A stretch of 20,000 nucleotides of DNA, taken from IMG/VR virus record IMGVR_UViG_3300042564_007246; one strand, given 5' to 3'. Numbering within the stretch: the stretch's first letter is position 1; the number at the start of each line of letters is the position of its first letter. This document shows, one piece after another, positions 8,816 through 15,045 of this stretch. The position numbers were made by a program, and so were the translations under genes. The notes beneath the pieces are model-generated. The model saw only the letters and a program-made list of their open reading frames with translations, had not been told where the DNA came from and ran no database searches. Source of the stretch: an uncultured virus (IMG/VR IMGVR_UViG_3300042564_007246) (Duplodnaviria > Heunggongvirae > Uroviricota > Caudoviricetes).

Positions 8816-9365
8816 CATCAAATGTAAGTTTTTGTTGTCCAGACTTCAAGTCATTAAGTTGCTGAGAATTATCAAATCCATGTTTGAAAATATTTCTTGC
8901 AGATTTCATATCTTCTTTTGATAAATCAAGCTTTGCAAATTTCATAAATGCTTGAAATCTTTCTTCAATTTCATCATCAGTATAAATTGAATTATGGATA
9001 GTAAACATACCACTATCCATACCTAAACCATAAGATTCAGGTCCAAAATTAAATTTATCATATAGCAAGCCTCTATATGAACCATTATCTTTAAAATAGT
9101 TTTCAAAGATAACATTTGTAATATAAAAGAATAAAAGTAGTTGATTATCAGTCTCTAAAGAATCATAATATTCTTTGGCTTTTTGCTTATATTGTTCTCT
9201 AACTTGTTCTTCTATTTGTAATAGTTCTTTATGTTCATCTGAATTTGACCATTCAGTGTATGAATTATAAGTTTTGCCGTTTATTTTAAATGGTTTACTC
9301 ATTGGATTACCTGTGCTTTCACGAATAGAATCTTCTTTACGTTGTTTGACTTCTTCCCATGTCAT
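8802..9365 (-). CDS. Hypothetical protein
   Basis: 187-aa ORF starting 4 nt after the upstream stop; contains a GSYRGLLYDKFNFGPESY motif-like segment. Confidence 0.75.
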   Translation of the reverse strand: MTWEEVKQRKEDSIRESTGNPMSKPFKINGKTYNSYTEWSNSDEHKELLQIEEQVREQYKQKAKEYYDSLETDNQLLLFFYITNVIFENYFKDNGSYRGLLYDKFNFGPESYGLGMDSGMFTIHNSIYTDDEIEERFQAFMKFAKLDLSKEDMKSARNIFKHGFDNSQQLNDLKSGQQKLTFDEDPE

Positions 9366-9369
9366 AGTA

Positions 9370-9987
9370 TCACACTTTTGCCACTAATGATTCAATGTTA
9401 TTCAAATCTGTATATGGAATATCCCAGTTCCAAAATTCCATTCCAGGCATTCTTGCTTTCTTGAAATAGGACTCGTTTATTAATGCTTTTTCAAAAAACC
9501 CCATGACAGCAATTTTAGCAAATTTATTTATTCTATCCTCATTAACAACATATGCTGCAATGTAAATATCATTGTTTAGCTTAAGACGAATGTTCTGATT
9601 GCCCCATTTTGTAGCAACAATTAAAAGTGCTCCATGTGATGTAGTGGCAGTTTTTACATCTGTTGGCAAGCCATTTATAATAAAATCTGTTTTATCTCCA
9701 CCTTTTTTATAAGTAATATTCATGGAAAGATCAAGTATTTTAGCCACAGCCATCTCTCCAAGACATCCACTTCTTTCTGCTTTACAAGGATCTTTGGAAT
9801 TATTAATCATCCCTCTTCCATAAATCCCACCCTTTTCTCGTGCCCACATTATTTCGCCAAAATCTTCACACACTTTGTATTCAGTGGGATTAATATCAAC
9901 AACAGCTGCATGAATATTTGTTTCTAAAACTTTGAAAGGAATTGATTCAAAGTTTAAATTGCACACTTCGGGTTTATAAAGGTTCAT
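9370..9987 (-). CDS. Putative PD-(D/E)XK (restriction-endonuclease-fold) protein
   Basis: GCLGEMAVA...GGDKTDF...DVKT (E...D...DxK). Start placed at ATG 9987, 6 nt after TGG-TATAAT. Confidence 0.6.
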   Translation of the reverse strand: MNLYKPEVCNLNFESIPFKVLETNIHAAVVDINPTEYKVCEDFGEIMWAREKGGIYGRGMINNSKDPCKAERSGCLGEMAVAKILDLSMNITYKKGGDKTDFIINGLPTDVKTATTSHGALLIVATKWGNQNIRLKLNNDIYIAAYVVNEDRINKFAKIAVMGFFEKALINESYFKKARMPGMEFWNWDIPYTDLNNIESLVAKV

Positions 9988-9994
9988 GATTATA

Positions 9995-10237
9995 TTATAC
10001 CAACGAAGTAAGTATATAGACAACATGGACACATTCAGCTTCTTCTTTTCGCAATGCAATATAGTAACCTCTTATGAAAATTTCGACAGGACCATTATGC
10101 ATTAAATTTCTTACAACTCTAACTTCTGTGTCTTTAGTAAAACCTAGTTCTGATAATCTTCCTCTTGAAGTTCCAGTTACATTTACAACTTTGTAAATAT
10201 ACTTTGAACTTGCACAACAAAGTTTCGTTGAATTCAT
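9995..10237 (-). CDS. feoA: FeoA ferrous iron transport protein A
   Basis: RLSELGF...EVRVVR...GPVEIFIRGYYIALRKEEAECVHV matches the FeoA SH3-like consensus. Confidence 0.88.
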   Translation of the reverse strand: MNSTKLCCASSKYIYKVVNVTGTSRGRLSELGFTKDTEVRVVRNLMHNGPVEIFIRGYYIALRKEEAECVHVVYILTSLV

Positions 10238-10295
10238 ATCATAGTATTCTCAAATTCATTATGTATTATCTTCTGAAAAATGTATAAAATACAAT

Positions 10296-10847
10296 ATGAA
10301 TGGAAACTCAATTTTTTTTGAAGGTCGATATACGCCTTATTACAATATAATTATCAATATTGCACAATCAGTAGGATGTGAAAATTTTTTAGAGCTAGGT
10401 TTAGCTAATGGTGTAAATCACATGTTTATGCGTAATTTTATACCAAATTGTGTAGGTGTTGATATGTCTAAAGGATTTGAAGGTGATATTCCTAGATTTT
10501 ATCAAATGACAACTGATGAGTTCTTTAAGCAAAATACAGAAAAATTCGACATTATTTTTATCGATGCTTGTCATAAATTTGATCAAGTAAAAATAGATTT
10601 TGAAAACTCTTTGAAATGTCTAGAAGACCGTGGAATTATTATCTTTCATGACACAGATCCATTCGATGCGCATATGCTAGATGATTCTTTTTCGTCAGAC
10701 TCATATAAAATCGCTAATTATGTAAGAAAAGAGCATCCAGAATTAGATTTTATCACTCTACCTGTAAGTAGTATGGGATTAAGCATGTGCAACAGAAGAG
10801 ATGACGCAAGGCATTTAAAGTTTACTAAACTTACATTTAATATTTAG
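10296..10847 (+). CDS. Class I SAM-dependent methyltransferase (Methyltransf_24-like)
   Basis: FLELG, TTDEFF, FDIIFIDACH, GIIIFHDT. Confidence 0.88.
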   Translation: MNGNSIFFEGRYTPYYNIIINIAQSVGCENFLELGLANGVNHMFMRNFIPNCVGVDMSKGFEGDIPRFYQMTTDEFFKQNTEKFDIIFIDACHKFDQVKIDFENSLKCLEDRGIIIFHDTDPFDAHMLDDSFSSDSYKIANYVRKEHPELDFITLPVSSMGLSMCNRRDDARHLKFTKLTFNI

Positions 10848-10850
10848 CTA

Positions 10851-10880
10851 TAAGGAGCCTTTCAAGGCTCCTTATTTATT
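10851..10880. terminator. Terminator hairpin between convergent genes
   Basis: TAAGGAGCCT-TTCA-AGGCTCCTTA followed by TTTATT. Confidence 0.8.
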
Positions 10881-11009
10881 TAACTTTAGATCGTCCTTCA
10901 CTGAATGCTTCATCAATTCTGAAAAAACTTGATCTCGTGTAAAAATATATATCTTATCTAAAAAATAAAACCAATCATTCTCGATATTGAGAACTTCTTG
11001 TAACTTCAT
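10872..11009 (-). CDS. Small hypothetical protein (45 aa), possible Tad2-like remnant
   Basis: ATG 2 nt after the upstream stop; MKLQEVLNIENDWFYFLDKIYIFTRDQVFSELMKHSVKDDLKLNK; ends at the terminator. Confidence 0.5.
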   Translation of the reverse strand: MKLQEVLNIENDWFYFLDKIYIFTRDQVFSELMKHSVKDDLKLNK

Positions 11010-11011
11010 TG

Positions 11012-11443
11012 TTACCACCAAAGGTCGAACCAGATTTCTCCTAATATTGCTGCAGCCTTTTTAAGATTGCTTACTCTTTCTTTCTCTAGCTCTAAGGAAA
11101 CTTCTTCATTTTCACCATTATAATATTCTTGAAATGATTTAAGGATGAAGTTTAGTTTTTCGTTAAAAGATTCTTCAGTTTCACCACTAGGGAATCCATT
11201 ATTAAGTTGAATAAATCTTTCTAATCTTGGAATTAAGAATAAGGCTAAAGTCTTATCTAAATGCCAAGTTTCAGTATCATCAAATCCCCTTTCATCCCTT
11301 TGCTTTTTATATTTCTCAAGTTTTTCGGGCTCATTTGGATAAACTTCTTGAGCAATACTAAAGTTGTTTTTTTCTGTAGTCGTAGATGATTGCAAGCAAT
11401 CTTTTGATTTCTTCTGGGTTGATTTTGATTTGTTTTGGTTCAT
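11012..11443 (-). CDS. Conserved phage-type hypothetical protein
   Basis: RGFDDTETWHLDKTLALFLIPRLERF...GFP...FDLWW pattern recalled from phage proteins of unknown function. Confidence 0.75.
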   Translation of the reverse strand: MNQNKSKSTQKKSKDCLQSSTTTEKNNFSIAQEVYPNEPEKLEKYKKQRDERGFDDTETWHLDKTLALFLIPRLERFIQLNNGFPSGETEESFNEKLNFILKSFQEYYNGENEEVSLELEKERVSNLKKAAAILGEIWFDLWW

Positions 11444-11448
11444 CTTGG

Positions 11449-11640
11449 TTACTCATTCTCTATCTTTTCAACTTTTTTATAATAATCCATTGCATTTCTC
11501 AATGACCATATGGCAAATGCGCCAAGAAGAAAATCACCTGGCAATGTATTGTAAGTGCGCCATGTATACAAAACTATCAAAATACAAATGGTGTTCCATC
11601 CTAATCCTGCAGCTTTATTGTCATCAATTTTATTTTCCAT
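11449..11640 (-). CDS. Small two-TM membrane protein
   Basis: 63 aa with two hydrophobic segments; TATCAT 7 nt upstream of the ATG. Confidence 0.7.
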   Translation of the reverse strand: MENKIDDNKAAGLGWNTICILIVLYTWRTYNTLPGDFLLGAFAIWSLRNAMDYYKKVEKIENE

Positions 11641-11657
11641 AATACTTATGATATCAC

Positions 11658-11687
11658 AAAAAAAGAAGGCTGTAAAGCCTTCTTTTT
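11658..11687. terminator. Intrinsic terminator ending the minus-strand small-gene operon
   Basis: AAAAAGAAGGCT-GTAA-AGCCTTCTTTTT. Confidence 0.88.
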
Positions 11688-11689
11688 AT

Positions 11690-11929
11690 CTAGTGGAATT
11701 CTTGGAAATAAGGACATTTTTGATAGCCAGAACCATCTCTGACCCATCCATTTCCTTTACATTTATTTTTGCCTTTTCCTAAGCATTCACAAACTCCAAT
11801 TGGATTTCCATTTCTTATGATAATATTATCGATTTTTGCTTGTTCTTCTTGAGTAAGATTAAGAAATTCTTCTACTGATCCTACTTTGAATCCAGCATTT
11901 TCCAATCGATTTTTCTTATCTTCATCCAT
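11690..11929 (-). CDS. HigA/XRE-antitoxin-like N-terminus fused to a Cys-rich tail
   Basis: MDEDKKNRLENAGFKVGSVEEFLNLTQEE followed by CEC...C.G.GW...CP. Start at ATG 11929 overlaps the upstream stop. Confidence 0.6.
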   Translation of the reverse strand: MDEDKKNRLENAGFKVGSVEEFLNLTQEEQAKIDNIIIRNGNPIGVCECLGKGKNKCKGNGWVRDGSGYQKCPYFQEFH

Positions 11930-12152
11930 TATTGAATCTTTCAAACCGCTTTTCAATTTGAAATTTTTCATCGAGAGGTAATACAAGCAAATCAGAAACT
12001 TGCCAATCATTAAGTGTTTGCTTATTGATGACAGTTTTAAATTCTAAATTACCATCAACCAATCGCCAATATTTCACAACATTCCCATTTGTATGTGAAA
12101 CTTCAGAACCTTGTTTCAACTCATAAAACAAATCAAAATTTATATTAAACAT
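11922..12152 (-). CDS. Hypothetical protein, possible divergent Tad2-like member; paralogue of 14096-14311
   Basis: ELKQG.V...YWRLVDGNLE...W....LLVLP. Confidence 0.65.
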   Translation of the reverse strand: MFNINFDLFYELKQGSEVSHTNGNVVKYWRLVDGNLEFKTVINKQTLNDWQVSDLLVLPLDEKFQIEKRFERFNNG

Positions 12153-12159
12153 AATTATC

Positions 12160-12564
12160 CTAATCTTCCTCTTCGTTATCAGAATCTTCTAGTGCTGCAG
12201 CTAAATCTGCAGGCACTACATCCCACATAAAACCTTTGTCTTCGAGAGTGTCTGTGTTCCAAGGTTCTAATTCTTCAAGCCAAACACGATAATCTTCATA
12301 AGTATCATCATATTCGTCTTGCAAAGTTTCAAAATCTAGTGAATATTCTTTACCATAAAACTTCATTGCTTTGTCAAAAATACTGCAATCGCAATCAATT
12401 TCAAGATAAGCATAACCTTCTTCATTCAAAGGTGTTCTACCAGTTCCAAGATATGAAAAATCACTAATGATTTCAATAAGATTTAAGTCATTGATAAGTT
12501 CAAGATCAACTTTCCAGTAATCATGACGATAGCAATCAATTGTTTGAATTGTAATTTTTTCCAT
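12160..12564 (-). CDS. Acidic conserved hypothetical protein
   Basis: H..WKV...ISDFSY...YAYLEIDCD motif; GAGGA RBS; D/E-rich C-terminal half. Confidence 0.75.
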   Translation of the reverse strand: MEKITIQTIDCYRHDYWKVDLELINDLNLIEIISDFSYLGTGRTPLNEEGYAYLEIDCDCSIFDKAMKFYGKEYSLDFETLQDEYDDTYEDYRVWLEELEPWNTDTLEDKGFMWDVVPADLAAALEDSDNEEED

Positions 12565-12646
12565 AATTATTTCCTCTTATTTTTCTGAAACTTCTGAATC
12601 TTAGTCAGCAGTAATATCAATGTCAAAAGATAAATTTAATTTGTAT

Positions 12647-12877
12647 TTAGCCATTGATTACCTCCCAATCATCATCTTTCATAATATCATGAAAGATTTC
12701 TTGAAGTTTGTATTGAGCCTCTTGTGGTGAATCAACATTTCTTAAATACATCCAACAAAGAGCTGGTGAATAATGAACCCAAGTGCCTACGTATTCAATA
12801 TAAGCACCAGGAGACCATTTAAGCATACGGATTTTCTTGCCTTGTTTCAGCAATTGTAATGCTTCTAATCCACTCAT
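12647..12877 (-). CDS. Tad2/DUF2829-like protein (array copy 6)
   Basis: MSGLEALQLLKQGKKIRMLKW...DIMKDDWEV. Confidence 0.75.
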   Translation of the reverse strand: MSGLEALQLLKQGKKIRMLKWSPGAYIEYVGTWVHYSPALCWMYLRNVDSPQEAQYKLQEIFHDIMKDDDWEVING

Positions 12878-13173
12878 TATCCATCTACCTTTTTGTTATC
12901 GTCAACAGTATCTTCTGTATCCCAATAATCAATGTCCCAATCATCAGCAATAACATCACCAGGTACTAAATCAAGACCCACTGATGCCAATTCATATTTA
13001 CTTCCAATTTCATCTGGTTCATCTAGATGATATACAGACACAAAAAAATTGTCATGATATACATACACAAAACAATTGTCATCTTTGTCGTAATACATAT
13101 ATTTTTGTTCCCAGGCAGCTCTTGTGATTGGTTTGCCTTCCATTAAAGCATCTAATACTTCAGATAATTTCAT
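12877..13173 (-). CDS. Tad2/DUF2829-like protein (array copy 5) with acidic tail
   Basis: MKLSEVLDALMEGKPITRAAW...DVIADDWDI; ATGA overlap with the upstream stop. Confidence 0.75.
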   Translation of the reverse strand: MKLSEVLDALMEGKPITRAAWEQKYMYYDKDDNCFVYVYHDNFFVSVYHLDEPDEIGSKYELASVGLDLVPGDVIADDWDIDYWDTEDTVDDNKKVDG

Positions 13174-13379
13174 TCTAATATCTCCCAATCATCACTCAAA
13201 AATTCAGTAGCATCAACAACTCTATTAGTCCAAATAAGTCTTCCGCCAAAGCCCCATCTAATTTCATTGTGTCGATCTATAGCTCCGAGCATCTGAAACA
13301 AATACTCACCTTTTTTCCAATGAAGCCTTCGTACTTGATAACCTTTACGAATTGCTTTAAGTGCTTTTATTCCAGTCAT
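13170..13379 (-). CDS. Tad2/DUF2829-like protein (array copy 4)
   Basis: MTGIKALKAIRKGYQVRRLHW..GEYL...EFLSDDWEILE. Confidence 0.78.
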   Translation of the reverse strand: MTGIKALKAIRKGYQVRRLHWKKGEYLFQMLGAIDRHNEIRWGFGGRLIWTNRVVDATEFLSDDWEILE

Positions 13380-13612
13380 TCTACTATCTCCCAATCATCC
13401 ATTAGAAAGTCATCTAATATCTCGTCTGTCAGGAGTACTGTATCTTCTAGATGATGTAAATCTTCTCCACGATATTGATTGTATTTTGGTGAAGGGGCAA
13501 TTTTACATCCATCACGAGTCACATAAGTCGCTAAATACTCGCCATCACGCCAGTGCTTACGCTTGACTTTTTTGTTTTCTCTTAGTGCTATTAGTGCTTC
13601 GAATCCAGTCAT
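13376..13612 (-). CDS. Tad2/DUF2829-like protein (array copy 3)
   Basis: MTGFEALIALRENKKVKRKHW..GEYL...DFLMDDWEIVE. Confidence 0.78.
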   Translation of the reverse strand: MTGFEALIALRENKKVKRKHWRDGEYLATYVTRDGCKIAPSPKYNQYRGEDLHHLEDTVLLTDEILDDFLMDDWEIVE

Positions 13613-13857
13613 TCCACTATCTCCCAATCATCCATTAGAAACTCACCAGCATCTATAGCATCAAAAATACTCATGTAATCAGCAAATTTAGGGTCATCAG
13701 GTACGTGCTCTGGAGCTGGTGAAATTGAATCACACTCAACACGAATTGACCAAAGATTATCAGAGAAATAAGCTTTACACTTTTCATCTGGTTCCCATGA
13801 TTCACGTCTAAGTGTAAATCCAGCTTGTAATTTGTCTAAAGCTTCTCTACCAGTCAT
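13609..13857 (-). CDS. Tad2/DUF2829-like protein (array copy 2)
   Basis: MTGREALDKLQAGFTLRRESW...EFLMDDWEIVE. Confidence 0.78.
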   Translation of the reverse strand: MTGREALDKLQAGFTLRRESWEPDEKCKAYFSDNLWSIRVECDSISPAPEHVPDDPKFADYMSIFDAIDAGEFLMDDWEIVE

Positions 13858-14099
13858 TCTAATATTTCCCAATCTTTCTTAAGTATATCATCAATTAATC
13901 CCTCTGCTATTTCTTGATTAAACATATTCGTCCAAGGGGTAATGGGATTTAAATCTGGTATTCTTGGAAACTCTTGTGCTTGATGAGAAAAATAACAACC
14001 ATCAGATGTGAAATAAAAGTGCCAATCAGGATTTCTCCAATTGACACATCTTATTTTCTTTCCTTTAGACAATTCTATTAAAGCTTCTATTCCGGTCAT
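13854..14099 (-). CDS. Tad2/DUF2829-like protein (array copy 1)
   Basis: MTGIEALIELSKGKKIRCVNW...DILKKDWEILE. Confidence 0.75.
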   Translation of the reverse strand: MTGIEALIELSKGKKIRCVNWRNPDWHFYFTSDGCYFSHQAQEFPRIPDLNPITPWTNMFNQEIAEGLIDDILKKDWEILE

Positions 14100-14311
14100 T
14101 CTTCATTTAACTTCTTAAAAGAATAATCTGCTTGCATAGGTAAAATTAAATATTTTATTGTCATCCAATTTGTTGTTCCTGATTTATGCTTTACTCTGTT
14201 TTGCAATTCATTGTTTTTGATTCGCCAAACAGTCAGATTTCTTTCATCTTTTACAATCAAAAAATATCCATCATTTAGTTTTTCAATAACATCAGAAGGA
14301 ATAGGCAGCAC
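14096..14311 (-). CDS. Hypothetical protein, possible divergent Tad2-like member; paralogue of 11922-12152
   Basis: DVIEKLNDG...VWRIKNNELQ...W....YLILP; GTG start overlapping the upstream TAG. Confidence 0.65.
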   Translation of the reverse strand: MLPIPSDVIEKLNDGYFLIVKDERNLTVWRIKNNELQNRVKHKSGTTNWMTIKYLILPMQADYSFKKLNEE

Positions 14312-14580
14312 TAGTCAACCTCATAGTTTTTCCTGAAAGTTTCTCTGACATTTTTATCCCAAAGCAACTCAGACGCAAAACCAATAGTACCGGAATCAAA
14401 ATGAACCCATACAGTTTTACCATCATCAGAGAGACTAATTTCAATGATATCGTCATTATTATATTGAAACTCTTCACAAAAAATAGATGCTATTTTAGAT
14501 AAATAAGCTTTAAATCTAGTAAAACTGTATATTCGACCCCTAACATATTCTTCGCCATAAATTTTTGGATCAGTTTGCAT
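14311..14580 (-). CDS. Hypothetical protein
   Basis: 89 aa; GAGGT RBS; overlaps neighbours at both ends. Confidence 0.7.
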   Translation of the reverse strand: MQTDPKIYGEEYVRGRIYSFTRFKAYLSKIASIFCEEFQYNNDDIIEISLSDDGKTVWVHFDSGTIGFASELLWDKNVRETFRKNYEVD

Positions 14581-14758
14581 AAGTGTACCTCACCAATAAA
14601 CTAACAATTAATGATAACATTGATATAATAATTAAGAGCTTAGTATTCATTTCAATAAAAGATTTGTCTTTTTCAAAAATAATTTTATATACCCCAGTCA
14701 TAAAGTAGCAAACTAAAATAAGACATATAAAAGATAATGCTAATAAAAGAATAGTCAT
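14570..14758 (-). CDS. Small two-TM membrane protein
   Basis: 62 aa with two hydrophobic helices; first gene after the promoter at 14777-14804. Confidence 0.7.
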   Translation of the reverse strand: MTILLLALSFICLILVCYFMTGVYKIIFEKDKSFIEMNTKLLIIISMLSLIVSLLVRYTYAN

Positions 14759-14761
14759 AAA

Positions 14762-14804
14762 AAAATCCCTATAAACAGTATACTGCGTATAAGGATTTTG
14801 TCAA
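14762..14804 (-). promoter_or_regulatory. Sigma70-type promoter TTGACA-N16-TATACT embedded in a 38-bp imperfect palindrome
   Basis: Plus-strand TGTCAA at 14799-14804 and AGTATA at 14777-14782; 19-bp arms at 14762-14780 and 14781-14799 with 3 mismatches. Confidence 0.75.
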
Positions 14805-14815
14805 GAAAATATATC

Positions 14816-15004
14816 TTACACAAGTTGCCAAGTGTCTACTTTTACATCTTCATCATTTAGATTTTTCACTACCCACTTTGTTTTGCTGTCAAATTTCTTC
14901 ATAATTTTGTTGTCTGTAAACTTTATATAAACAAAATCAGAGTCAATAGGTCTTTTTGCAATAGAGCCATTCTTCACAGATGCCCACACATCATAAAAAG
15001 TCAT
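14816..15004 (-). CDS. Divergent Tad2/DUF2829-like protein
   Basis: MTFYDVWASVKNGSIAKR...EDVKVDTWQLV; GAGGTG RBS. Confidence 0.62.
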   Translation of the reverse strand: MTFYDVWASVKNGSIAKRPIDSDFVYIKFTDNKIMKKFDSKTKWVVKNLNDEDVKVDTWQLV

Positions 15005-15045
15005 TTCTGTACACCTCTATTAGTATATTTTCAGAACAACACTTA

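Larger units (their letters stand above)
13170..13874 (-). repeat. Direct repeats at gene junctions of the array
   Basis: 38-bp repeat at 13371-13408 and 13604-13641 (1 mismatch); 21-bp variant at 13170-13190 and 13854-13874 (1 mismatch). Confidence 0.9.

Noticed and set aside
11358..11456. Alternative-frame 32-aa ORF (MSNQDEPK...) with an A7 run, suggesting a frameshift into 11012-11443
   Set aside because: It would require a +1 shift with no evident stimulator, and the downstream gene has its own ATG.
13173..13872. ORF-track N-terminal extensions MGDIR/MGDSR/MGDSG/MGNIR
   Set aside because: These arise from a TTG within the junction repeat; the ATG in the ATGA overlap has a properly spaced SD and aligns with the family N-terminus.
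13170..13874. CRISPR array interpretation of the junction repeats
   Set aside because: Repeat spacing is 200-250 bp, the repeats are coding and non-palindromic, and there is no cas operon; the nuclease at 1539 is a stand-alone PD-(D/E)XK protein.
12647..14099. Diversity-generating retroelement or integron
   Set aside because: No reverse transcriptase, integrase, attC-like inverted repeats or adenine-specific TR/VR pair in the window.
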